DNA of 64,000 bases from NCBI GenBank assembly GCA_050613775.1, contig JBODTK010000131.1, positions 62,001-126,000 on the forward strand, in the 5' to 3' direction. Below are positions 38,872-53,235 of the stretch, piece after piece (within the stretch, counting starts at the first letter, position 1; the number at the start of each line of letters is the position of its first letter). This stretch comes from Neocallimastix sp. 'constans' (Eukaryota). The notes under the pieces are model-generated. The model was not told the origin of the DNA, ran no database searches, and saw only the letters and a program-made list of their open reading frames with translations. The translations under genes were made by a program, and so were the position numbers.

Positions 38872-39396
38872 AAAAATAATTATTAAAAAGAAAAGTAAAT
38901 ATCATTTTAAAATATATTTATTTAAGATTTTAATGTTTAAAAAATAAAAAAAAAAAAAGTATATATAATGATAAAATATACACTTTTTTTTTTTAGTGTA
39001 AACTATTGTTAAAAAATGAAAATAATATAATTTAATAATTTATATATATATAATTGTCAAAATTAACATAATTAACCATTACATTTAAATTATTTATATA
39101 TAAGTATAATTATTTTATTTTTAGCTATTTTAAATGTTTTTAAATCATAACATAACAATAATTTATTAATGATTAAAAAATAGATAAAAAAAAAAGTAAT
39201 AATAAAAATAAAATATAAAATAAATAATTAAATAAGATGGAAGTAAATTGAAAATAAAAAAAAATGAAAGAAATATAAGAAATAAAAATAAAATATAAAT
39301 ATAAATATAAATAAAAATTAAATTAAAAATTAAAATGAAAAATAAAAAAAAAAAAAAAATTAAAATAAAAGTAAAAGCGAAACTAAAAAAATAATA

Positions 39397-39457
<61 letters not shown>

Positions 39458-39468
39458 AATAAAAATAA

Positions 39469-39510
<42 letters not shown>

Positions 39511-40299
39511 AATAAAAATAATAAAGTATAATTATAAAATGAAATTAGTATTAATTTAAAATAAAAGAAATTTATTTTTAAGATTTAATGAGTAAGATTT
39601 AATGAGTTTCAAAGACTTTCATTTTTTATAATTTCATAATTTTTAAAATATTAAATAAAAAAGAATATTTTATAAAATATATAAATATAAATTTGTATAA
39701 TTAATAAATCTATAATACAATATATATTTTAGAAAAGAAAAAAAATATTTTATTTTTTTTTTTTATTTTTTATTATTAATTAAGGGTTATTTTATTGTCT
39801 TTATTTTTTTTATTACTTTATGATTTTTTTTTTCTTTTTTTTTATTTTCGTTATTTTTAATTATTACTTTAAGATTTTTTTTTTTTTTAATTTTTTTTAT
39901 TTTTTATTTTTTATTATTAATTGAAGGTTTTTTTTTTTTTTTTTTTTATTTTATGTTTTAAGTAAATAAAAAATGTTGATCTTATTTTTAAATTAAAAGT
40001 AATAAAAAATGGAATAAATTTATAAATTTATATTTACAAATTGTAATAAAATTAAATAATAAACGTATTACAAAAAAGTTTATTTTTGTTTAATAAATAT
40101 AAATATAAATTGATATAAAATGAAATATTCAAACCTTAATTAATATAATTTAATTTTTATTATTCAAACATAAATTAATGTCATAAATCAAATTTAAATC
40201 TAATGATTTTATAATATTCTTAATATGTGGCTTGATTTCTAAATATTAATTATACTTATAATTAATAAAACATGAAATAATTAATTTTATAACCCAATA

Positions 40300-41016
40300 A
40301 TCATGTAAAGAGGTCTTCAAATAAAAGCAAGAGGATGACGGAAATATAACTAAAGGAAAAGCCAGATTAGTCACAATGTTTTGGTACCGACCATTCAAAC
40401 ATTTTCTCACCAACCCTAAAATAAAAATACCTTCAAAAAAATTTTTTTTTTTTTTTTTTTTTTGGACTGCAAGGGAAATTATTATTCGAAGGTTTTTGTC
40501 AATGCTGATTAGATGAAAAAAGGAAAAAATCAACCTCTAGCTTCATAATAATGATTGAAGATTTACCTACAAGTTGATATTCAAAATTACTTCATATTGT
40601 TGCAACCTCTACAGCGGAATCAGAATATATTAATATTAGTAATTGTGTAAAGCATAGCTCATGGTGTATAAATTATCTTATTGAGTTAAATGTTAACATT
40701 AAAATTAATAGATCATAAATGTCGAAAACAAAGCTCCAATGTATAATTGTCAGAATCGATCAATAAACACAAAATCTAAACATATTGATTATCAAGTAAT
40801 TATCACAAAAGGGGCCTAATAAGTAAAAGTATAATAGAAGTTAAAATATATATAAAATCAGAAAACAATCTAGCAGATGGATTCACAAAAAATATAAATA
40901 ACAAATCAATGAATAATTTCAGAAATAATTTACTTATTAGAATATATGAAATTACAATAATATAGTAAACGAATCAAACTTTAACTCAAACAAAGTTAGA
41001 TTTGAGGGGGAGGAGT
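40300..41016 (+). mobile_element. Collapsed Ty1/Copia RT and RNase H fragment with polypurine tract
   Basis: VFK*KQEDDGNITKGKARLV; INTKSKHID; KSENNLADGFTK; followed by gagggggaggag-ttgtt. Confidence 0.75.
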
Positions 41017-41219
41017 TGTTTAATAGCATAAAATAAATAATAAATATAAATAATTATTGCTACATTTATATTAATTTTTATTTTGTTTTATTTATTTATT
41101 TATTTATTTATCTTTATTTTGTTGTATCAATACTCTCTTTTTTTTATTAATATTTGTATATATTCATGATTTAATTTATTACTATTTATTTATTATTATT
41201 ATTATTTTTTTACTTAATT

Positions 41220-41948
41220 TTATAATGATAATAATAATACACCTAATAAGATAATAATAATACTGATTTCAACCTTTACATTACTAATAGCGTTACTAGT
41301 TTCATATAATGATATATATTCTTTGGATTTAAAATATCCTATTAAAGCTTTAAGGGATGATTCTTTTTTTTTTTTTTCAGGAAATAAAGAAATACCCAAT
41401 TTTATATATAAATTTGAAAATTCATATATTTCAATAAAAACCTTCAGTATAGTGTCTGGATTTACAATTAGCTGTGAATATTTTATCTTTATCTCTGTCC
41501 TTTTTTTTGTTAATTCAAATTCTTCTTCTGAGCCATAAAATTACGATATTGAATATATATATTATCCATTTTTATTAAGTATATATGAAAGAGATAATTT
41601 TAAGCAAACAGATTTTTCAAGTTCTACGAAAGTAAATTTCTTTACATTAGTTTCATTGTTTTAATAATATGGTGAAATAATTAATGGAACTTCAAAAAAA
41701 GCTTTACAATTTGTTGTTTTAAATGTTTCCAATCCTTACTTTTCCTCCATTTGAATTATAATCATTCATGTTTTTTATTTTTTTACCAACTTAGTATTCA
41801 CTTTCATTAATAACTTCAATATCATCTATACAATCAGGAAAAGCACAATGCTTAAGTAAATATTCAAATTCATTACCAATACAAAAGTAATATTATATTT
41901 TAAATTAATATTTTATTTTTACTAAGTATTTAGTTTCTTTTTTTTCAT
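41220..41948 (-). pseudogene. Decayed tandem paralog of the 44110-44814 gene
   Basis: GNEFE..PDCIDDIE, YGSEEE, TEGFIE and YETSNAISNVKVEISIIILLGVLLLSL* are collinear with the intact gene; contains stops and frameshifts. Flanks are also duplicated (gttgtatcaatact; tttattgga.aacat). Confidence 0.85.
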
Positions 41949-44109
41949 AAATTATATATGTATAAAAAAAAGAAAAGTTGATATTAGTAAAAGAAAAAAA
42001 AAAAAATTCTTTTTTGACTTTTTAAAAATATTTTTTTTATTTTTTAAAAAAGTTTTTAAATTTAATAAATTTTAAGTTATTTAAATATAAAATAATATAT
42101 ATTATAATATATTTTTATTTATTTTTATTGGACAACATTTAAATTAAATTTTTTTAGTATTTTTTTTTTTTTTTTTTTTTTTAATAAATTGAAATAATTT
42201 TATTATTATTATATTTTTTATTTCTTTATCTATTCTATTTCTACATTTAATTATAAAAGAAAAAAATCTTAATTCAATAATATATTTTTTATATAATTAT
42301 CGACTTTACTTTATGGAATCATGTATATATAATTTTCAAAAATTTATGAATTATTATTTTAAAAATATTTGTTCATATATATATATATATAAATTATATT
42401 ATTTTTATTTTATAATTATTGTTTTTATTTATTTTTAAAAAATTTTAATTATATCTTTTACTATTATTATTATTATAATTAAAAGTTATGGAAGTGTATT
42501 CTCTTCCCTGTCTAAAAAAAAAAAAAAATTATTAAAATTATTATTATTATTTCTTTGCATGAATGAAATGAAAAAGCATGAATGTGTGGCGATGAATGCT
42601 TGGAATGCAATGAATGGGTGTATGTTGCATATTATGTTGTATTGCATGATACTAGTAGCAGTATGTTTGTATGCTGATTAATATGTACTATATATGGCTG
42701 TTTATCATGCAATATAGAGTCTATCTATGCTATTGCTGCAGGATGAGCGCTGTAAAATGAGTTGCAGCATATATATGTGATATTATAAAATAAATACATA
42801 AAATAATATTTAAAAAAAAAATAATAACACGAATTAATTTAAATATATAATACAATTTAATATAAAATAATATTCAAATAATTTAAATAAATAATATTTA
42901 AAATAATTTAAAATAAAAATAACAATATAATTAATTTATATCTAAAATAAATATATTAATAGATATTAAATATTTAATAAAATTTTTAAAAATCCTAATG
43001 AATATAAAAGCATAAATTTTAATTATTGATTTAGCATAAATTTACAGGTAAAAAAAAAAAAAAGGTTATTTATTAATAATTAAAATTATCCAATACCAAA
43101 TGAAATTTAATTAATAGTCAAAATGAAAAAAAAAAAAAAAAAATTTTTTAATTATATAAAATATTTATATATATATATATATAATAATAATTAAAATAAT
43201 GATAATAATTATAAAAATAATAATTTTAATATTAATAATAAATTCAAATAGTAAATTTTAACCAATAATAATATAATATTTCAAATACTAATAATATAAA
43301 AATTTGGAAAAGTCAACATTAAAGGGGATTGTTTGTAAATCCTTTATCCAAAGTAAAGGTATAAATTGTTGTTGCTATGAATAATTTTTAAATTCTATAT
43401 CTTTTAAAAATTAAGAAAATTAAGCTTCAGAGGAAACGTTAGAAAATGAAAATATTTCTCATTATTATTTCTATATATTAATTAATAATATTCAAATTTA
43501 CTTGAAAAGATTTTTTTTAAAAAAAAAAAACTTTTATTTATTTCGTTTTATATTTTATTTTATTTTATTCTATTTTATTTTTTTATTTTAATAAAATATA
43601 TATATATATATACATTTTTTGTGTTGCTTATTATCAACACACATTATGCTTAAATATATTTATATATTGTTTATTTTTATTATAAATATTTATTATTTAT
43701 TATTTATTTATTATTATTTATTTATTATTTTTAACTTTTATTTAATTCTATTTCTAATTTTTATAATAAAAGTTTATTAATTATATTAAATTATTTATTA
43801 TTATAATATTTTTATATTACTGTTTTATTTTTTTTTTTTTAAAAAAAAATATTTCATTTATTTGAATCTTTTTATTTTTCATTTATTAATGCTTATTGCT
43901 ATATCTATTTTAATATTTATTTTTTTAATTATTTTTTAATATTTTTTGTTCTATTTATTTGTTTATTTATTTATTTATTTATTTTTATTTTATTTTATTT
44001 TGTTGTATCAATACTTTCTTTATTTTTTTTTTTTATTTTTATTAATAGTATATATTTTAATGATTTTATTATATTATTATCTATTTTTTTTTTTTTTTTT
44101 TTACTTAAT

Positions 44110-44814
44110 TTAATATAAAAATAATATTAATAAACCTAAAGAGATAATAATAAAATTGATTTCTACCTTTATATTACTAATAGCATTACTAGTTTCATGT
44201 AATGATGTACATTTTTGGGTTTTAAGTTGTTTTACTACATTTTTAAGGCCCGATTCTTTTTCAGGTGATAAAGGAATACCAAACTGTTTATATATTTTTG
44301 TAATATCTTTAACTACTTCAACAAAACCTTCAGTACAGAGTTTTGATTTACAGTTGTCATGGAATATTTTATCTTTGTCCATTCCTGCTAATTCTTCTCC
44401 TGAGCCATAAGCTTTCGATATTGGACATATGTTTCCATTTTCATCAAGTATACATGACGCTGATAATTCTAAACCAACATATCTTACAAGTTGTACAAAA
44501 CCGAAACTCTTTATACCTTCATTATCTCTACAATTTGGTGCAATAAGTAATGGATCTTTAAAGTATTCTTTACAATTGTTGTTATAAATGTTGCAAATTT
44601 CTTTTGGATTCATTTTATAATCATTCATGTTCATTTGACAAACTATATATTCATTATCATCCAAAGCTTCAATATCCTTCATACATTCAGGAGACGCATT
44701 TTGTAAAACTGCTTCCTCAAATTCATCACCAAGAGTAGCATAAACAAAGTTGTTATTTAAAACAACGAAAGAGGAAGCAATTAAAAAAGATAAAACTGAT
44801 GATAATAATCTCAT
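44110..44814 (-). CDS. Secreted 10-Cys protein with C-terminal GPI-anchor-like signal; function unknown
   Basis: Signal peptide, 10 cysteines, C-terminus TSNA + spacer + hydrophobic end with no cytoplasmic tail. Intronless 234-aa ORF. Confidence 0.85.
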   Translation of the reverse strand: MRLLSSVLSFLIASSFVVLNNNFVYATLGDEFEEAVLQNASPECMKDIEALDDNEYIVCQMNMNDYKMNPKEICNIYNNNCKEYFKDPLLIAPNCRDNEGIKSFGFVQLVRYVGLELSASCILDENGNICPISKAYGSGEELAGMDKDKIFHDNCKSKLCTEGFVEVVKDITKIYKQFGIPLSPEKESGLKNVVKQLKTQKCTSLHETSNAISNIKVEINFIIISLGLLILFLY

Positions 44815-45319
44815 TTTTTTTTATTTTAATAAAAAAAAAATATATATAATTATTTTTTAAACTTAAATTTTATTTTATTTTTAAAAAGTTTTTAGTTAAC
44901 TTTTTCTTTTTTATATATATATTTTATACATAAAAAAAAAAAAATAAAATAAAAAAAGAAAGATTGATATTTAATAATATAATAAAAAAAAAAAAAAAAA
45001 GTTTTTTTTTATACTTTTTAATAATAATTTTTTTTTTTAATATTTTTTTAAAAAAAAAAAATTTAAAAATCAATATTAAATTTTATTTTTATTGGATAAC
45101 ATCTAATTTAAATCCTTTTTTTTTTTTTTTTTTTTTGACTTATCCACTTTTTAATTTATACATTAAAAATGTATTTTTTATTTAATTTATAATTTATATA
45201 TAATTTATAATTAATTTATATTCTATATTTTATTTTATTAAATGTAATAAATCGAGCTTAATTTATAATTAATTTATATTCTATATTTTATTTTATTAAA
45301 TGTAATAAATCGAGCTTCA

Positions 45320-45605
45320 TTTTTTTTTTTTTTTTTAATTTCGTTGTGTACTACTCTTGGTTTCATCCCCCCCCTCAATGCTTTTCGTATTTCGTATAAA
45401 CAGATAATATTCTTGCTGAACGGCCTTACGGAGTGTTCGTTCTTGGCACTCTAACATGTATATTATTGTTGAGAATTTTTCTAGTACTCTTTTTCTTGGA
45501 GTGCTTCTATATTTCCTGACTTTCTTTTGAAGCGATCGGGATCGAGTTATGAGCCTTATGTATACCAGCCCACGGATTAACAACCAGGATTGAACCTGTT
45601 TCGTT
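45320..45605 (-). mobile_element. Poly(A)-tailed retroelement 3' fragment
   Basis: GC-elevated island with poly(T) at 45320-45336 on the plus strand; partial homolog at 8494-8570. Confidence 0.6.
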
Positions 45606-47559
45606 TTCGAGCTATAATTAAGAATTACATTAAGAATATGTTTAATATTAATAATTAAAATAATAATAATTTAAGAATAATAATATATTATATTTTTTAT
45701 AATATAAAAATATCTTTTATTTATTAAAAGATTGAAAATAAAATGAATGAAAATTTAATTATAATTAAACATGAGATAACACTAAAATTTATTTTTATCT
45801 TTTTTTTTATTTTTTATTTTATTTTATTTTAATGTAATTTTTCCTTTTTAATAAATTATTATTTATTTAGATTATTATTATCTTTTTATTTCTTTATTTA
45901 TAATAAATAATAATAATTTATTAGTTTATTACTATTTAAATATAAATCAATAACATAAAAAAAAAAAAAAAAAAAATAGAATTTATCAAATATTTATAAT
46001 ATTTTTTATAGTTAAAAATATAAAAAAAAAAATTAAAGGATTTCATTCATTAATTTATATATATAAAATAAAATATTTCTATTGATGGTACTAATAAATA
46101 AAAAATTATTATTTTTATTTTAAATATCTATTTGTTAAAAATACTGTATAGTCTTCTTTTAAATGAAAAGATTCTTTTAGAATATTTTTAATTTATTAAA
46201 GATAATTTTATTTTTTTAATATTTAATTTACTAATAAATAATGTTTAGGAATATAATAATCTTTATTTAAATTTTATTAATTATCTCTTATCTTTTTTTA
46301 TTTATAAAAATTTTAATTTATTATACTTTCTAAAATTGTTATTGTTAATATTATTATTTAAAATGACCCCAATTTAATTATTTAGTTGTTTATTTTTTCT
46401 TTATTAAAAAATATTTTTATGTACGTCAAAAACTATAATAAATATTTGTATTATAGTATTAGTAAAAAACTATATTAATTAAAGTAAATTAATATTATAT
46501 AATTTAATAATATAATATATATATTTTTTTCTACATAAATAATAAATTGTTATATACCCTATATTAAATTCCATTTCAGTAAGAATCTAATTATTATGCT
46601 AAAAATATAATTATATTCTCTTTTTCAAGTTATTAATAATTTATTTAATTACATATCAAATATTTATTTAAATTTGAATTAAAATTTATTTAGTAAAATA
46701 GTTCAATAAAACTATTGAGTTCTCTTTGATAAATTACGAGTTATATGACAATAACAATTATAATTAAAATAATAGTAACAACAATAATAAATTTAATATA
46801 AAAACTTTTAATAATTTTATTATTAAAATTTATAAATGAAAATTTGTTATAAAAATTTATTATGAAAATCTTTGATTTTTAAAATAATATTTCTACATTT
46901 TTTTTATATTTATTACTTTTTTTTTTATAAGCTTTATTTATTAACAACAAATTAAACTATTAATAATAAACAAATAAATAAACAAATAAATAAGTAATTA
47001 AATAAGTAATCATTATTTATATTTTTTATTATATTAACTATTTAATTTATTTATAATTTAATATTATATTATTTAATTACTTAATTATTTAATTTATTTA
47101 TTTCCTATTCTTAAGTTTTATTATATAAAAAAATAATATGCATCGTTTTATAAATAAAATTTCATTTTATCCACCCCCAAAAAAACTCATATAATAATAA
47201 TAATAATAATTTAATATTTTACCAAAAATTTAATAATTAAATCTAATTTAAATTTCAAAATTAACCTAATTTATCAACTTAATATCGAAAAACAATCCAT
47301 AAAAAGATTTTTTTTTTTTTATAATTTTTTCACTTTTAATAAATGAAATGATTTTTATATTTGTAAAACGAAATAAATTACACTTAAAAATATATATAAT
47401 TAAGAAGAAATTAATAATAAAAATTAAAGGATTAAAAAATAAGATTATTACAAATAAATAAGCAATAAAAAACAACATTTTTATAAATATATAAACAATA
47501 AATATTATAAACAATTATTAATTAAATTATTTAACTTTAAAATATTCTTTATGATTACT

Positions 47560-48300
47560 TTTGATTACTTTGAGTCAAGAGGCATAGATCGGTGTAGATA
47601 TCAAACAGAAATAATTGCAGAATAAATAATTATGAAAGTTGTGAAGAAATCGAAGAGTTTATTAAGAAAAATGACAGAACGAAAGAAGAAAATAATATAA
47701 AACAAAAAATACCTTTATCGAAAATTACGAGATAATATTTTTGGAGATCGAATATGATCTTTTTTCAACCAGATAAGAATTTGCTATCCAGATCTTATTA
47801 TAGAATACAATACATTTTGGTTTTGATTACTTGTATTTGTTTTATAGAATAGAGATATATTTAGTTAGAACAATCAGTCTTTGACATATTTTTCCACAAG
47901 TCGAATTATCGATAAAAAAAAAAAAAAAAAAAAACAAAGTTCAATAAAATGTGGGACAATCATGATGAGATATACATTACTAGTTATTTGGCCATCGATA
48001 TTTATGAATATGCTAAATCACTGGATTTACCATCAACCATCTTGAACTGTATTTCTGGAAAAATTGTGGAATTAGCAAAAAGTTGATTTCCTAAATAAGG
48101 ATATGTTTTACTTAATCCACATAAATACCATAGAAACATTGATGAAAGTAGCCATTTATTGCATTATGGATTCAATTTTTATGCTCGAAATATTTAATGT
48201 TTCCCTTCAATGAATCAAACTAATAGAAGTAGCAAACACATCCATAATGAAAAAATTGAATCCAGAATCCGTATCAATGAAATATGCAAGTTCAGCTAAA
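47560..48300 (+). pseudogene. Unidentified intronless coding relic
   Basis: Coding-like composition; KFNKMWDNHDEIYITSYLAIDIYEYAKSLDLPSTILNCISGKIVELAKS*FPK*GYVLLNPHKYH reads through isolated stops. Confidence 0.4.
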
Positions 48301-49082
48301 GTATAAAAAAATAGACGATAATATGTTGTTATATAGGTTTTGCTATAACAACTATATTTGTTATCAACAAAGAATACACGACAAACACAAAATTCGTTTT
48401 TTAGATTTCTTAAGAAAGTTGTGTAAATTTGTTTAAGTTTAATTTTTTTTTATTACTAATATAATTAGTTTATATTATCAACTATGGGTGGAAAGTAATA
48501 CATATTATAAGGTTATAATTATATATAGTAATTAATTTGTAATTGTTCAATTATTATTTATTTTTATCCAAAATATAAAAAAAAAAAAGAAAATAAAATT
48601 TTTATTTGTTTTCTTATTATTAATTTTATTTTATTTTATATTATTTTAATAATCCCTTACTTTTCCTTTAAATATTAAAAAAAAATTTTTTTTTTTTAAA
48701 TTATTTTAAATCAAAAAAAATCTTCTAATTGTACAAAGAAATGTTGAGAAAAGCTGTAGATTAATGAAGAAAAAGAATTTAATTATATATATATTTTTTT
48801 TAATAAAAAAAATTTAACTTTCGTTACTATTATTTGTGTCAATTATTTATTATTTATTATTTATTTTTTATTATTTATTATTTATTAAAATAAATCATAT
48901 AATATATAATTCGTACAATATTTTTATATATAAATAATACAATGTATATACATAAATCAATGTAAAATCGTATGACGTCATAAGATAAGTCTATGTAAAA
49001 AATTATAAATTTATTCCTGTTAATATATAAATATAATTTATATAATAAAATATATAATTACTTATTCTTTAATAAAGACAAT

Positions 49083-49786
49083 ATGGATAAAAGTAAAATA
49101 ACTTTAGATTAAATTGAGTCAAAGGAAATGCTAGCTCATATTCTAATAAAGAATAAAAATAGAAAAGATATAGTTAACTTTGCAAATATATAAAAATATT
49201 TTGTGACTAACTATGCTATTATAAAAACAAAGGTCACAAATGGTAGATCTTAATTTTGCAAGAGAAACCATTTGTAAAGAACCAGATTCCAGTATCATTG
49301 TTGTTACAGGTGATACTAAAACTATATCCGGTAATGAAAGCTTTATTAAAACTCGAACCTTATATAAAAATATACAAGCAGTATCTATTGATTTATTACC
49401 AGTTATTAATACAAATGACAAGTTGACAATATCTAACTTATATAAAGTCTTGATCGATAGTATTCTTATCAATACCATTCATCCAGCGAATCATAAATAA
49501 GATGAATATATCAATCTTATCTTCAATTAAAAATATCATGAATCCTTCAACAAAAAGAGCTAATAAAAGATGGCAGGGTTCCCATGTTCAAGGTTATGCT
49601 AAAGCCTTGATTCATTTACATATTGAAAATTTTCAAGAGGATTACACGATCCAAGAAATTCCTAAATCTGTAATTAGTACTATTCGCAGTGATCATATCA
49701 ATAAAATATCCTCGGATCTTAATTCTGATTTTGATTTGAAAAAAAAAAAAAAAAACTTTAGAATCTATTGTTGGTTACAAGAATAA
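49083..49786 (+). pseudogene. Unidentified intronless coding relic (joins ORFs 49240-49500 and 49502-49786)
   Basis: ATG at 49083, adjacent ORFs of normal amino-acid composition separated by frameshifts or stops. TGACGTCA palindrome about 110 bp upstream. Confidence 0.45.
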
Positions 49787-50659
49787 TTTATTAATCATAA
49801 ATATAATAATGAATGATAATACAAATTTCATTTAATTATATAATAGGTACTTTAAAATAATATTTATAAATATTTATTTTAAAAATTAAAAATACAAAAA
49901 TAATATATATATATATTTATATATAAAATTAACAGATTAATAATGTTTACTAGCATTTTTTATTAATTATTATAATAAATGTTACAATAAATTTAACACA
50001 TTAATAAAAATTATTATTGTTCTTATTTTATAATTGTAAAATGCATATATTATTATTATATATATTATATATGTAATTATTTTATTAAATGATACTCTTT
50101 AACTTTTTTTATTAAAAGGAATTTATTATTAAATATTATTAAATTATTAAATTGCTACATTGGTATAATACATTTTTGCTAAGTAGTTTTAATTATAAAT
50201 ACTATTACTAATATTGATTAAATTATTTAAATATTTTATTATAATATATATTTTATAATAATACATTTTTCGATACGTTTATCTAAAGTATTAGAAAATG
50301 GAAATAAAGAGATGGCAATTTTCTTATGACAGAGATAATTTTTATTATTTAATATTTTCAATCATTAAATTAGATTAAATAATTGGTTAATTAATTAAAT
50401 AGTGATAGGATAATTGATAAGGATGGAATATCGTTCAAAAACTAATTAAAAATTTTCATTTAATCCTTTCCTAGATTTACTACAATTAGAAACACATCAT
50501 AAATTTAACCTTATTTTCACAAAAAAAAAAATATAAATAAGGTTCTTGAATAATAATAATGAATAGATTAAATATAAAAAACTTTTAATAATTATACTAC
50601 TAATAAAAGTTATTTTTATAAAACAAATTTCATAATTAAAGCTTCATTTTACGATTTTG

Positions 50660-50892
50660 CCAGGGTTCATTTCTCCAAATGGAGTATTATTAAAATGTTG
50701 CATTTCGCCAAATGGCATATTTATATAAATGAATAAATAATAAAAAAAATTCAAAATATTTTTTTTAAAACTTTTTTTTTTACATTATTTATTACATCAA
50801 TATTATTAATATTTAATTTTATTTATTTATTTATTTGTTCATTTAATAATTTTTTAATTGGCGAAATGCAACTTGGCGAAATGCCCCACTCC
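50660..50892. mobile_element. Short MITE-like element with inverted subterminal repeats
   Basis: Left catttctccaaatgg / gttgcatttcgccaa versus right ttggcgaaatgcaac-ttggcgaaatgccccactcc. Confidence 0.65.
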
Positions 50893-51069
50893 TTTCAGTG
50901 TGTTTTGTTTATTATAATTTGTTATAATGCACTCAAGAATTAGAAAGAACTATAGGTAAGTAAGATTCTTTTCTAAACCATTAATGATAGTGATTAGAAC
51001 TAATATTAATGAATAATAATTTAATAATAATTAAGTTTATATTTAAATTATTACAATTTCAATAAAGTT

Positions 51070-51420
51070 TTTCCAGTTTTTAACCTGGTGGTTAGTACTT
51101 AGGATTAATACAACAACCTCTTGAATTTATATGGAGCAATTTTCATCCTCCCTGTGTGTTTTTCCATATAAATAAAGTTAGATGTTTACTCGCTATGGTA
51201 ATTAGTCCTGTTGTTAAACTATATAATTGTTAGTACAAAGAACACTCTTTCTGTCAGAGGATTAGTGTAGTTGTTCCTCTCTCAGTGATGGTTCAAGAGA
51301 TCACCAAAAAGAAGCCTGTTGTATAAATCAGAATATAGGAAAATGTCTTTTATATTACCCTTACTTAGAGAGCACACCACGACACCGAAAGGGTATGATT
51401 CAATGAGAATTTGATGATTT
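51070..51420 (+). mobile_element. Probable diverged LINE 3' fragment
   Basis: GC-elevated non-coding island; gagagcacaccacgacaccg..gtatga resembles gagagcgtcgacgccg..gtatga at 826-850. Confidence 0.4.
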
Positions 51421-52361
51421 ACTCCATAAATTACCTATGAGTTAAAATCATTATATTCTTTCCCATTTAAAATGGAAATAAATCAAAAAATATTGATAAT
51501 TTATTATTTTTACTCTGTTTGAATTATATTAAGGGTTATATTTTATTATTAATCCTTTAATAAATTTATATAAATATTATCAAGACATATCGATGATTTG
51601 AAATTAGTAATTTGTTAAACAAAAACCTTATTTTATTACATTTAATAATTATATTAGGTTAAAATAGCTTTAAAATAATTATTTTTAACAATTTTAATAT
51701 TTTTTTTACCAACTTTATTTATTATAATTATTTATTAACTTTATTGTTTATATAAATATATAAATAAAATAAATAAAGTATACATAGTTATGAAAACCTT
51801 ATGAATTTTTTTTTTTTTTTTTTTTTTATTTTTCCTTTTGTATTTTATGGATTTTTTTTTTTTTATTTATTTATTTAATATTTTCTTGAATAATAGTTAT
51901 ATTTTTTTTTATTCATGATATAAATAGCTTATTCATTAAATATTATTTTAAATAAATGAATAACTTCATATAAAAAATATATAAAAATTTAAAATTATAT
52001 ATTTTTTTATAAATATGAAAGATATTAAATACTAAAAATTTAAATAAGTATATTTAATTATTTCATATTATTGAAAATTTTTTATTTTCAATAGTTAAGT
52101 TCCATTTATATAGTAATAATATGAATTATTGCCTATTAAAAAAAATAAAAAATAAAAAAAGGGAAAAAAAGTTCCAAATAAAATAAATTATTTAAATTTT
52201 TTTATATTATTATTACTAAAGAAATAAATAAAAAATTAGAAAGACTATATTTATAATAAAAAAAAAAATAAAAAAAAAAATAAAAAAAAAAATAAAATAT
52301 AAAAGAAAAAACAAAGTACAAAATACAAAAAAAAAAAAAAATAATAACTAATAATTATATC

Positions 52362-53204
52362 ATGAAATTTAATATATGTACTTTTTATGTTATCATTTGT
52401 TACCTAATACAATGTAAATTAATATTAATTTAAAGATTTAATAGGACAAAAGATTTAATTTATTAATCCTTTTTTTTAATAATACTTATGAATAGGTTTT
52501 GGGAATGAGGTAGTCATAAATGTATTAAACTATTGCTTTACGGAATCTGAAAAATACTTTAAAGAGATGTTTAAAACAGAATTTGAAGAATATGCAAAAA
52601 AAAATCACTTAAATATCACATTACAATTAGAAACAATAATATTTACAAATCCTACAGATTCATATGAATATTACAAATCACTTGTTGAAACTTCCCTCAG
52701 AAAATCAGTTAACAATGATAAAAATAATAAAATTGATATATATTTTTATGATTTAAAGTTTACAAACTTATATGGTTCATATTTATTAGATTTAAAAGAT
52801 GAATTTCCAAAAGCATATATAGAAATGTATGATCCAAAAATAATTGAAGAAACGTGTACTTATAAAGAGAAATTAGTTGGACTTGTAATATTTATTAATA
52901 AAGAATTCATAACTACATTAATAATATTTTTTAAGTAATTCTGATAGATATTTTATTAATAATGTATTTTTAGCCTGTGAGTGCAACATTTGAAATACTA
53001 TACTCAAATAAATATTTGTTAAGCAAATATAACAAACCAATACCAAAAACATGGAATGAATTAATAGAAATATGTAAATATATAATGGAAAGAGAAAATG
53101 ACCCTGAATTAATATGTTATAATGGATTATTTGATGGTAATAAAAAAATAATTAATAATAATAATTAAATAATAATAAAAAAAAAGAATAAGGAGAAAAA
53201 CTTT

Positions 53205-53235
<31 letters not shown>

